A stretch of 64,000 nucleotides of DNA. Origin: Macrostomum hystrix. Lineage: Eukaryota > Animalia > Platyhelminthes. The notes beneath the pieces were generated by a model, which was given only the letters and a program-made list of their open reading frames with translations, was not told where the DNA came from and ran no database searches. Location of the stretch: positions 6,944,001-7,008,000 of the forward strand of contig CATNEN010000002.1 in assembly GCA_950097015.1 (NCBI GenBank). Direction: 5' to 3'. The position numbers and the translations under genes were made by a program. Positions 12,247-22,819 of this stretch are shown here, piece after piece (within the stretch, counting starts at the first letter, position 1; every line of letters starts with the position of its first letter).

Positions 12247-13163
12247 TGAAAGACCCACTCATTATTAAATACATTCATGTGAATACGAATAAATAGCTGA
12301 AAATTACACCACGTAGGGAAAATTTGAAAATTATGAAAATATATGTAAATATAAATTATGTTAATATGTATATGTAATGTATATGTATGTACATACATAT
12401 GTACATAAATATGTACATATACATATACGTATGTATATGTATATGTATGTATATGTAAATATGTATATATAAATAATAATTGATTTTTGATGTAATAAGT
12501 TTATATAAAAAACTGTTTAAAATACTGGAAAAATAATAACAGTTTTTCTGAAAATTTTCCTTTTTGGGAAACAAATAAACAATCGGAAACAATGATATGA
12601 TGAGCGTCAATTACGCGTATAATATGAGTGTGAGAGATACAATTCAGACTACTGACAACAGTAGAAAAGCAAAGACTTGGCTGCAAAACTCTCACATAAC
12701 ACTAAAAAAATATCGCCATAGAAAATGACAAGCTTAAAAGAGACTTCTGTGCACACTAAGAGTGGTGGGAGAGGACTGCGTGTGGCTATGGCTGACTGAC
12801 GAAGGCAAACAAGCCAGAAACCGGTCTCGGTCTGCCAGAGCGAGGTTCGTTCCCCACTTTTAGTGTGTTACAACGAGTAAAGAACAGTGAAATTCCCGGT
12901 TGACTGATAAAATTATCAGCCACATGATCCCTACTATATGTAACAAAAACATTTAAAAATTTAAATGGGCAGGCAAATAGAGTGCTTAGCGGCGCAGGGT
13001 CGCAATGAAACTCAATGCACACCAGTTACTTCAAACCTCATGCCTTTTAAATCCGGGTTAGCATGACGCTTGAAGTAAGACGAGATTTCATCAACGACTT
13101 CCGTAGAATCATGACAGAATCCCTTAAAAGTCTCGACATGCTGCTTGTTCAAAGCCATGATGC

Positions 13164-15111
13164 TTAGCACAAAAGAGTTGCTGGAAGGCTTGAATAAAAT
13201 CTGAGACGAAGCGTATTTGGCTCGCTAGACGACAGGAGATCTGGTAAGTCACCGGCATGCTCATTTAGCCGCTTCTCAGTGTCTTCTATCGCACTCTTGC
13301 TAGCGGTCGCGTTGTTTCTAAGGTTGGCTTTAAAGTACACCTTGGCAACGTAAAAAGCCGGTTTGCAGCTTGGTACGACTAAACTGGCTTCGGCAAGAGT
13401 GTCCGTGTCACTGTTGTCCTTAAATTTGATCTCCGCAGGTGAGCCGGTGCTCAATGGTCTGATGTCTGAGTCGATGCGACTTGCCAGTTCTTCTCCATTA
13501 ATTCTTTTGTTTGCGTCCCAAAGAAGCAGGCCATCAACTAGGCTCCAGATTCTCGGATTACGTGAAAAGTCTGTAAATATGCAATTTTCCTTCCTCACAA
13601 CAACTTCCCGTATCGCATCATCATCAGTGGACCTAAGAAACATGGCGCAGTCATCGATCTGGCAGCCGGGTAGCTTAAAATTACTCCCGTCAAAGACTCT
13701 GGATATTCTCTGCATCAGATCGCAGTTTGCAGAGTAGTAGCATTTAAATGGTTCCTCGCGAAAGAGCGCCTCACACATGAGTAGGCCAAATGAGTAGAGG
13801 TCAGCAGTCTTTCCATATTCAACGTGGCCCTCGGAGTCGATGTTACGGTACAGCTCAGGTGCCCTCCACCAGCTGGTTCCCATCTTTGCCGTCATATTGT
13901 TGCTAACGTCTCTACAATCCTCGAAGTCACACAGCTTGCAGAGAGTCTTGCCGTTGAAGAGCAGCACATTGTAGCTCTTCAAATCGCGGTGTATCATTTC
14001 CTGTTTATGCAAGAAGTTCAACGCGCCATGTATTTGGACAATAAAGGTGAAGCAGTGGTCAGACGTGTAGTATCCGAATTGTCTGTCCATGATAGTACCT
14101 GATGCTTCAGCTGCTGCTGTTGGGCAGTCAGACTTCCTGTAATGCAGCAAGTGGCCCAGGCTACACTCTGCATGCTCAAGAATGACGAATGGACCGCAAG
14201 GAGACGAGTCCGAGATCACGTCCTTGCCAAGAACCATGACGAACCAATTTTTTTCAGTAAGTTTAGCAGCAGCCAGGTCCTCACTAAGTTGTCTTAGTCT
14301 TTTAAACTCGTTCTCGCATCTCTTCTTAGCTTCCAACTTTTTTTCTTCCTCGGGGCCATCGAGAAACAGCTTCATAACAACTGTCTGTCCCGCTTTAAAA
14401 ATGTTGGATATGTTGCTGGCTTGGACTTCGATGTCATCTGTATGCCAATCTCTCCGCAGTCGGACACTGTACAGCCTGGTGTTGTAGTGAGGATTCGACC
14501 TCGGCAGCTCCTCTTTGGTATCGATATTAATGTCTTCAGCAGTCAGTGTGTCAAGCCTGCCTCCCTGTAAATGATAATGTAATGTAGGTTATTTGTACTT
14601 AAAAATGTACCATCATTGGTTTCAGGTCTTTCACAGGGGTCGCTTTCACAAAAACTAATTTTCTGAAGTTTCTGTGCATGGCTTTTCGACGTTGTGAAAT
14701 TTAGGTCTTGTGAAATTTAGGGCTTGTGAAATTTAGGGCTTGTGAAATTTAGGTCTTGTGAAATTTAGGTCTTGTGAAATTTAGGGCTTGTGAAATTCTG
14801 TGCACGGCTTTTCGACGTTGTGAAAATTAGGGTTTGTGAAACCACCCCACCATATGAAGGTAAAAAATTACAACTCGCTATGGCATACACTTATTTAATA
14901 AATTAAAGCCATTGCTTTATCTTCTGTTAAAGATGACACAAGCAATTGTGTTCACAGTGTGGAAAGCAATACTCACATGATTTACATGCGGAGGAGACTC
15001 GCCAGAATCATCATGTTCAGCAACTTCGCCTTCGACGCCGGAGTGGATCAGTGACTCATTATCAGAGTCCTGCGCGTTTCGTTGGATGCAAAATTGACAA
15101 CAATTCCCCAT
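13164..15111 (-). CDS. Divergent TKL-group (TAK1/MAP3K7-like) protein kinase with N-terminal MGNCC; exons 15111-14977 and 14564-13164
   Basis: Motifs VVMK, alphaC Glu, HRDLKSYNVLL, KLCDFE, GTSWWRAPE and TADLYSFG. The frame is open upstream to the acceptor ttacag|GGA at 14564, and the donor CAT|gtgagt at 14977 joins in phase 0. Confidence 0.82.
14692..14840. repeat. 17-bp minisatellite TTGTGAAATTTAGGGC(T) in kinase intron
   Basis: Direct tandem units are visible. Confidence 0.85.
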
Positions 15112-15766
15112 TTTTTGAACTACAAGAAGCTTCGTTTAATTAGTTAGCCTCAGCTTTGTTATTTTGTAGTTATAGCCGTCCGTTGCGTTCTCGGCTCGTC
15201 CATGTACTCGTAAAATGTCTACCTCGCTTATACTCGTAGACAAGCCAATGAAATACAAGCGAACATATCCAGATGTGAGATATAGAAATGAGATAGACTT
15301 AAAAGAGTTAGACATTTTACAAGTGCGTGAAATATAGAATGCTAGATTCAAAAGCATAAAATAAAAGCTAACAGCAAGGACTTCTATAAATAGCACTTGA
15401 ATAAAAAGGCTAAAGAAAATATTCGCACCCAGCAGTTAAAACAAGAATCTAAAATAAAATTTCTAGAACGAAAAAAGAAAGCTCTACAACCATTTTAAAT
15501 TATGCCGAAAATTCTTAACTCCTGATAAGTACGAGATACTACATTTCCACTACATAATCCTCTATTCGAATTTATATCGAGTTCCTGAACAATCCCTAGT
15601 TACCTGCGGTTACCTGACAACAAATCAATCAACATGTCAACAAATTTTAGCTGACTAATTATTCTATCTATATTTCCAAGGTTGCTATACATAAAGCCCC
15701 CTTCAGTTGGCAGTTATCCATCAGTTGATGGGCTTTAAAACCAGTTAGCAACTTATTTCTCACCGT

Positions 15767-15962
15767 ATGCGCTGATATTTCTTAACATCGCAGCCACGCA
15801 CGAGTTGAGTACAATGAGTATGGCTACTCATGCAGCTTTAGCCTGGTGAAATTGAAGCGTGAAGTATAATATAAGACGCAAGTTTTCGGCGGCAGAGCGT
15901 GACAATGATTGATTCCTACACGCCGATGAGTGCGTGGCTGCGATGTAGAAATATCAGCGCAT
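15767..15962. mobile_element. Fold-back MITE (~196 bp)
   Basis: ~34-bp inverted repeat ATGCGCTGATATTTCT(TA)ACATCGCAGCCACGCAC / GTGCGTGGCTGCGATGTAGAAATATCAGCGCAT. Confidence 0.7.
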
Positions 15963-15999
15963 TGAATATTAACAGTAGAACTACCAAATTTTTTTTGCT

Positions 16000-16092
16000 G
16001 CACCCGAACGGAACAATGCAAGCACACGAAACTCAAGAACACGGGCCAACTTTTTGTTGCGCATCTTCTGAAACAAGAAACAAGTCGCCAGC
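16000..16092 (+). repeat. Dispersed repeat, second copy at 47654-47742
   Basis: GCAAGCACACGAAACT..CACGGGCCAACTTTTTGTTGCGCATCTTCTGAAACAA..CAAGTCGCCAGC is present at both sites. Confidence 0.8.
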
Positions 16093-16100
16093 GGGAGCAA

Positions 16101-16828
16101 GAGACTTGCCCGCAGGCGAACTGCCCGCAGAGATTTGCCCATCGAGATTTGCCCATCGAGATTTGCCCATCGAGATTTGCCCATCGAGATTTGCCCGCCG
16201 AGATTTGCCCGCAGAGATTTGCCCGCAGGAGATTTGCCCGCAGGAGATTTGCCCATCGAGATTTGCCCGCAGGAGATTTGCCCGCAGGAGATTTGCCCGC
16301 AGAGATTTGCCCGCAGGAGATTTGCCCGCAGGAGATTTGCCCATCGAGATTTGCCCGCAGGAGATTTGCCCGCAGGAGATTTGCCCGCAGAGATTTGCCC
16401 GCAGGAGATTTGCCCGCAGAGATTTGCCCGCAGGAGATTTGCCCGCAGGAGATTTGCCCGCAGAGATTTGCCCGCAGGAGATTTGCCCGCAGAGATTTGC
16501 CCGCAGGAGATTTGCCCGCAGAGATTTGCCCGCAGGAGATTTGCCCGCAGGAGATTTGCCCGCAGGAGATTTGCCCGCAGAGATTTGCCCGCAGGAGATT
16601 TGCCCGCAGGAGATTTGCCCGCAGGAGATTTGCCCGCAGAGATTTGCCCGCAGGAGATTTGCCCGCAGAGATTTGCCCGCAGGAGATTTGCCCGCAGGAG
16701 ATTTGCCCGCAGAGATTTGCCCGCAGGAGATTTGCCCGCAGAGATTTGCCCGCAGGAGATTTGCCCGCAGGAGATTTGCCCGCAGAGATTTGCCCGCAGG
16801 AGATTTGCCCGCAGAGATTTGCCCGCAG
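16101..16828. repeat. 14/15-bp minisatellite GAGATTTGCCCGCA(G)
   Basis: Tandem units explain all the overlapping 240-315 aa repetitive ORFs here. Confidence 0.95.
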
Positions 16829-18018
16829 TGCATTCTACCCGAATGAATTTACAAATTTATCTCTTCTTCAGTGCATCTGACAAGAGCTGCAGTAGTCGAT
16901 CGGATAAGGTCTAGGCAGACAAATTAACTTAATTTTAGGGCTGGCTGTGCACGGAAGGGGTGTCAGACTGCATCATTGTTTGGACTATATTTTCTTATGA
17001 AATCCATTGATTAATTTTCAGTTTCAATGCTGGGAAAACCTGGAAAATGAAATTTAACTTAGCGTGGGCACACTGTAATGGCGTTTGTTTCTTTTTCAAT
17101 TTGGTTTTATAAAACATCTAAATAAACTGTTTCTGAAAAGCATTTGACGGGTTACTGCTGAACGTCTTGAATAAATCACACGAATAAAGCTTGTGCAGGA
17201 ACATCCTGCATCCTGTGACATCCTGCACGCAAAAGTGTGCAGGAATGAAATCTTGCACGCGTGGTCAATCGACAATGCACTTGCACACGCGGCTGAAAAT
17301 ATACATTAATGAAGGTCTGCAGTTATCTGCTTTGACGAACACCATCTGATATAAAATAATCAAATCTAACAAGGCTACAATTTACTGTTCTGCAGGACTC
17401 AGGTCATCAAACCCCTAATTAAAAATCCAGTTTTAAATAAAAGACGGTTCGCCATTTCAATGTAGTTTGCTGTGGATTGTACAGGACCTCATTTGGACAC
17501 ACCTGTACCAGACTCCTGTCACGCCCATATATTTTTAAGGAGAAATAATGTGCATATATTCTCGGTTTTATGCGGAAAAGCAAGTTAGATCAACACATTT
17601 TCCCCCATGCTAAAAATTGCACCGAAATATATTGATCTCGCTACTTCAAGTAGCTAGAAAATGTCTTTCATAAATTATTTCTTGGTAACAATTTTGCTTC
17701 TGCCAATAATATGCTTCTGGCCACTAAACAAACAAAAAGCAAGCTAGGCAAGGAAAGCAAGCAAGGTAATAAAAAAGACGGTTTCCTATTGCTTAGCAAG
17801 TGAAAATTAGCGAAATTCTTCGACGATACAAGTGAAAAGATTTGGTATTATGCTGGAAAAAAGCACAAAGCTTTCTTATCAAGAAAGTCTCGATCAAAGA
17901 GCCAACAGCTGCTGATAAAATGCAATTGGCAGTTTCTTATCAAGAAATCCAAGCAAAGGGATGGCGAAATTCGCCACGCGCATCAGAACCGGCCGAATAG
18001 AAAATGGGAAGCTCAGCG

Positions 18019-20946
18019 CTACAATGCGCAGCTCTTCAGCCCAAATCCGCCGTAGCCTTGGTGTACGAACACCGGACCGAGGAACTCCCGCCTAGCCGCA
18101 GCCGGCTCCTCTTCGTCTCGCTCTTTACCGTTGCTGCGTCGCTGGCAAGCAGCGGTGACGGTGGCCGCAGCTACCGCCGACATTCCCGCGGGTGACGCAT
18201 CACCAGTCTCGTCACAATCGGACGATGGATCCAACAGCCGGGCGCGAGCGGCAGCTGCCACCAGCGAATTGTCTAGGCGGACTTTGGCCGATTCGCGCCG
18301 GTTGGTGAAGAAGAACTCCACCAGGGCGATGGCCAGCGCGAAGCCGAGCCCGGCGACCAGGATGTAGAACACTCCGGCCACGTTGACCACAGTCAGAGCC
18401 GAGAGGCCGCCGCCGCCCGAGTCATCGCTGATGCACTGGCCCTTCTCGATCCACCATTTCTTGTAGAGCTGGGCGAGTACCTGAGCCTCTCGCAGCTGCA
18501 GCACCGCGTCGTTGAGCTTCTCGTGAAGCGGTGAGTTTTTTGGAGTGGCGATGCCATAGCCCTTGTCGCCGAAGGGCTGACCGACCATCATGGTGTCACA
18601 GGGGTCTCGATTGTTGTGAAACTCGTTCATCTTTGACTCCAACAGGAAGGCGTACGAGCCCTTGGATTCACGCACCTTGCGAATCCCGTCCTCCGTTGTA
18701 TTCACGTAGACGCCTCGTCCTCTCTTCTCGTTCTGCTGCATGTTGCTGCCAATGACGTCAAATGGGGGCAGCTTTGTGGTCAGGAAGAAGGCTTTGGTCG
18801 ATCCAGAGTTCAGAGTGCCGTACAGAATGTCCTTGGACTCCGCCAGATCCTCCCAGCTGTCTATGGGAGTCCTAAGTAGCTCTACTGTAAGAAAGGCGGC
18901 CAGGGTAGCTGTGTAGTAGGCGATCATAATGAGCGTGAAGAACCACCAGGCGCTGGCCACAACACGAGTGCCGGAACTTCGCGGCGACAGATCGACACCC
19001 TGGTTGACCACCGCGGCAAAGGAAAACCAGAGTGAGTTGCGCATTGTAAAGTCGCGCGATACTTTCTGTACTGGCGGGAGCTCATTTTCGGACTCGACTT
19101 GCCACTCGAGCGGGCTAATGCGGGAGCAAAGGTACAGGCCTAGGCTCACCCCTAGGCAGCCAGTCAGGATGTAGCTCCACACTTCCGGTGAGAGCGGTCT
19201 CAGGAAGCTGAAAGTACCTGGCTTCTCCTTCTTAGGCTTTTTAATCATGATAGAGATGCCAAACGTGAGAAACGGCTCGGTGAAGTCCACGAATTCAGCT
19301 CGCTCAGTTGTGATGGTGAGCGGTGCCAAGGCGATGTCGGCCTCCTTTCTAAGCAATTCGCCGATCATCCCATTCCACTCGTTTCCTTTGTTCTTATCCA
19401 TCCTGCCGTACTGGTTATCGCGCACCATGTGAATCTCGAACTGGATTCCCAGACGTTCGGCCATCTTCTCAAACATTTCGATGCAGAAGCCTTCGAATCT
19501 GTCGTTACCAACGGGCGCTGGCTCGTTCGGCTTGGCCTCCACTGGCTGAATGAACGGCTCGGCTTTGATGGTCACCACTCTGATAATCTTGGTGATGTTT
19601 CTAGAGCCAGATGTAGTCTTTTCGGGCCTACTAGGCGGCCTCTGTAACCCCAGTTGGGAGTGCCAACCGCCCACTGGTTGAAGAGACTTGGTTCCCACTA
19701 GCTCCATCAGTTGGATTGAGAAGTTGGAGCGAAAGCCGTTATCGTCGAACGCCACCTGGCCGCTGTAGCCAGGGAAGCTGACGGTGGACATTTCGCGCAT
19801 GAGCAGCTCTCCGATTTTCGACGTGCCGACAGGCACAGAGGGGCCGAGGTACTGATAGGCGTACACCCGGGGGTTCAGCAGCTTGGACCTCGACTGATAC
19901 ACTTTCTGGAGGCAGTCGACTCTGTTCGCTTGTGGCTGCTTCAACGCGGCTTCGATCTGCATTCGAGTATCTGGCCGCGAGAGCAGACTGTCTATGGCAC
20001 GAGCAAAGGTCTCCACACCGTCCATTAGAAGCGCGACTTCGTACAGCGGCAGACTGCTGCCGCCTCGTTTGCAATTCCAGCGCTTCTGAATGCACAGGGC
20101 TTGCCAGCGCTGATTTAAAGACTTCACATTTGCCTGGCTTTCGTTCAGCAGTTGGAAGCCAGTAATGTTAACGCCGCTGTACTGCATACCGTCAGTTTCG
20201 ATGTCTAGCGCAGAGAGTCCAGTTATCATATAGTGATACTCCCTGCGATTCATGCCCATCTCGTGAATCTGGTGCAGAAAGTTGGATACAGTCTCTGGCG
20301 GGTCGAGATCAATCACGATATGCTTCCGGTCCTCCGACTTCAGCATGCTGTCCAGTCTTGCAAGGTCCGGATAGACGAAGCGAGTATCCGACAGGAAGAT
20401 CAGCTGCACATTCACATCTCTGTAGACGTGGCGGCGCTGGTACTCGTGCAGGATCTCCTGGAAGCGATGAAGACCCTCGTTAGTGTTGACCAGGTAGGCA
20501 AAGTTGGACCACTTGTACAGGTCCAGGGTGTCGATGATGGCAATTGTGTGGCGCGGTCTTAGATTGAGCACGTAGTCCTGGCCCTTGGGATTCTCGGCCT
20601 TGACGATGCCTGGCGTGATGAATGGCACATGGAAGACGGACACAAGGTTCTGAATGCCGTCGACAGTGTGGGCATTGGTGGAGCCGAACACGGCGAAGGC
20701 TCCAGAAGGGAACAAGTGCTGACAGAGCCTCCGCTGCACATTGTACGAGCTGTTGCTGTTGGTGACGGTGTAGTTCACGAGCAACTCGAAGCGGTCAGAC
20801 TTGAACCGCTGCACCGCCAGGAACAGGGCGTTCTTCAGCTCCTCCTGGCTTGCGTCGAAGATGGCGCCAACTGGGATCTGCAGCGGAGCAGCCGACGCTC
20901 TGACCAAGATGGAGGCGATGATGAGCAGCCGCAGTGAGTAGTTCAT
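18019..20946 (-). CDS. GRIA: Ionotropic glutamate receptor, AMPA-like, intronless (975 aa)
   Basis: Signal peptide, ATD (CQHL..GAFAVFG), S1 (NDRFEGFCIEM, WNGMIGELL, APLTITTERAEFVDF), M1, M2 pore (SLWFSFAAVVNQG), M3, S2 (GSTKAFF, LLESKMNEF, GYGIATPKNSPL) and M4 (NVAGVFYIL). Confidence 0.95.
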   Translation of the reverse strand: MNYSLRLLIIASILVRASAAPLQIPVGAIFDASQEELKNALFLAVQRFKSDRFELLVNYTVTNSNSSYNVQRRLCQHLFPSGAFAVFGSTNAHTVDGIQNLVSVFHVPFITPGIVKAENPKGQDYVLNLRPRHTIAIIDTLDLYKWSNFAYLVNTNEGLHRFQEILHEYQRRHVYRDVNVQLIFLSDTRFVYPDLARLDSMLKSEDRKHIVIDLDPPETVSNFLHQIHEMGMNRREYHYMITGLSALDIETDGMQYSGVNITGFQLLNESQANVKSLNQRWQALCIQKRWNCKRGGSSLPLYEVALLMDGVETFARAIDSLLSRPDTRMQIEAALKQPQANRVDCLQKVYQSRSKLLNPRVYAYQYLGPSVPVGTSKIGELLMREMSTVSFPGYSGQVAFDDNGFRSNFSIQLMELVGTKSLQPVGGWHSQLGLQRPPSRPEKTTSGSRNITKIIRVVTIKAEPFIQPVEAKPNEPAPVGNDRFEGFCIEMFEKMAERLGIQFEIHMVRDNQYGRMDKNKGNEWNGMIGELLRKEADIALAPLTITTERAEFVDFTEPFLTFGISIMIKKPKKEKPGTFSFLRPLSPEVWSYILTGCLGVSLGLYLCSRISPLEWQVESENELPPVQKVSRDFTMRNSLWFSFAAVVNQGVDLSPRSSGTRVVASAWWFFTLIMIAYYTATLAAFLTVELLRTPIDSWEDLAESKDILYGTLNSGSTKAFFLTTKLPPFDVIGSNMQQNEKRGRGVYVNTTEDGIRKVRESKGSYAFLLESKMNEFHNNRDPCDTMMVGQPFGDKGYGIATPKNSPLHEKLNDAVLQLREAQVLAQLYKKWWIEKGQCISDDSGGGGLSALTVVNVAGVFYILVAGLGFALAIALVEFFFTNRRESAKVRLDNSLVAAAARARLLDPSSDCDETGDASPAGMSAVAAATVTAACQRRSNGKERDEEEPAAARREFLGPVFVHQGYGGFGLKSCAL

Positions 20947-21919
20947 GGTGATTCGGCTTCACTTTCACTCAGACGTGGAAGCGATTACAAGGGATTCGGG
21001 TCGAGTCAGCTCAAGCCGAATGCGCGCTCAGGCAGGGCATATAATGAGGCGAATCTAGATGGCCACTTGGGATTGGCCCGGCACGGGGAAGAGGCTCCGG
21101 TTGAGCATAGCCGGGGGATTAGGGAATCGAATTACGTGTACGAGTGTCTGGTAGCGGCAGGCGAATTGCCTTCAATTTCATTGAAAATAAAGCTGACGGA
21201 GACGGGCAGGCAAAGTCGTGATTTCCGCGCAGCTTTCATCCTGGAGCTGCAGCTAATGCTGTTTAAAGTACAAAGCTTATCGACGACTCGGGACTGGTCA
21301 AACGCATCGTTATCCTGTTAGAGATGACGGAGACACTCGAATTCTAGGTGCATAAGTGTTTCGAGTCCTATAAAATATGTTTACATTAGCTTACGCCTCA
21401 TTTCAGTTAGCGGCATCAGATCTCGGGATCGATTTTCAATAGGAGGCCGCACCAGAGAAGACCTTGCCAGACCGCCTGCGATAAAATCGAATTTCCATCT
21501 ATTTAGTTGGGCGGGGGACATTGCGGCCAGCAAAGTCAGCGCGCACTCAACCGACGAAAGTGAATGTCGGAGAGTCACTGGAAATGAAATTATGCTCGAG
21601 GGTGGTCGAGAAACACCGAGCCTTCACTGGAGTTTGAGCATTTCCCAAATGTTCTAAAATTAGAAACACAGTTCAACTGACGGCTATATGCAGCTTTGCC
21701 AAACTGGTTCAAGTGCACATTGTGTAATATTTGAATATGTTGAACAAAATTTAGCGACAGAATCAGAAAATAAAGTAGAAAAATTAGTTCGTTGCCAGAT
21801 TTTCATAATCGAAATGTCGAAAAATGCTTCGGTAAAATTGATCATCAATTTAGTTCCTAATTGAGCACAATATCTCGAGGATCACGCAGCACTGATAGAT
21901 AGAATCGTTGACCAGAAGG

Positions 21920-22561
21920 TCACACCGGGTCAACCGCTCGGTCCCACACCGTGAACTGGAAGTCCAGGCCGCCTTCGCTCTGCCTGTCGAAGCTGAACTC
22001 GGCCAGCAGGTGCTCCGGCAGGCGGTCCCGAGGCACCTGGGCGAACCGGGCCCAGTCCAGCTGGTCCGGGAAGCGGCAGTCGCCGATGCAGTTATCGTCG
22101 TAGACCCGGGTGAAGTAGATCCGGCCCAATCGTGGGTGCCTGGCAGCTTCGGCGTACACCGCCGAGCCGCCAATCACGTGAATGTCGGCGACGCTCTCGG
22201 CCAGCGGCCCGCCGGGATCGGCCAGGGCCAGAGCGGCGTCCAGACTGTCAACAGCATGGACACCGTCGGGTAGGCGCGGCTGCAGGTCGGCGGGGCTGCG
22301 CGATAACACAACGGAATAACGATTCGGCAGAGGCTTGCGGGGCAGCGAGTCCCAGGTGCGCCGGCCCATGATGATGAGGTTGCGGCGCGACAACTCCAGG
22401 AGCGACGGCGGGCCGCTGGTGACAAGGCGGAAGAACTTCAGATCGGTCTTCAGTCCGTAGCCCCAGGGCAGGCCGCCGTCGCGACCAATGACGCCATTGG
22501 TGGCGGCGGCGACTACGAGGCTGAAAGTCTTCTGATTGGCTGGCTGAATACCGGACTGCAT
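21920..22561 (-). CDS. DHFR: Dihydrofolate reductase, intronless (213 aa from ATG 22561; in-frame upstream ATG at 22624)
   Basis: Motifs LVVAAATNGVIG..LPW..DLKFF, IIMGRRTWDSLPRKPLPNR, IHVIGGSAVY, IYFTRV and GDCRFP. Confidence 0.93.
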   Translation of the reverse strand: MQSGIQPANQKTFSLVVAAATNGVIGRDGGLPWGYGLKTDLKFFRLVTSGPPSLLELSRRNLIIMGRRTWDSLPRKPLPNRYSVVLSRSPADLQPRLPDGVHAVDSLDAALALADPGGPLAESVADIHVIGGSAVYAEAARHPRLGRIYFTRVYDDNCIGDCRFPDQLDWARFAQVPRDRLPEHLLAEFSFDRQSEGGLDFQFTVWDRAVDPV

Positions 22562-22819
22562 GCTGGCTGCCTTTTGTGTGCCGTGGCTGGAGATGCGAGA
22601 GCGAAGGGCTTGAAGGTTCATCATGGACACGATTTGATCCCCAAATGTGTACACTGGTGTGTTTCCATCTATCTATCTCATTTATTCTTGATTGGTCCTG
22701 CGTGTGTGCGATTGTACACTGAGGTTGAGCGTGTTGTTACTGTTGAAGTCTGTAAAATAGGGGCTAGCAAACTATAACGGCCCACGAGACAATATAAGGC
22801 CCACATAAATATCATCTCA

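Noticed and set aside
15899-16914. Long repetitive ORFs (ICPQE/RFARR) and similar ones at 22.8k, 31.9k, 37.6k, 45.7k, 47.1k, 51.0k
   Set aside because: They are open in several frames and both strands because the repeat units lack stops, and they lie in introns or spacers.
18004-20937. Plus-strand ORFs overlapping the glutamate receptor (likewise within SETD2 and UBE3D)
   Set aside because: They are antisense shadows of GC-rich coding sequence with no motifs.
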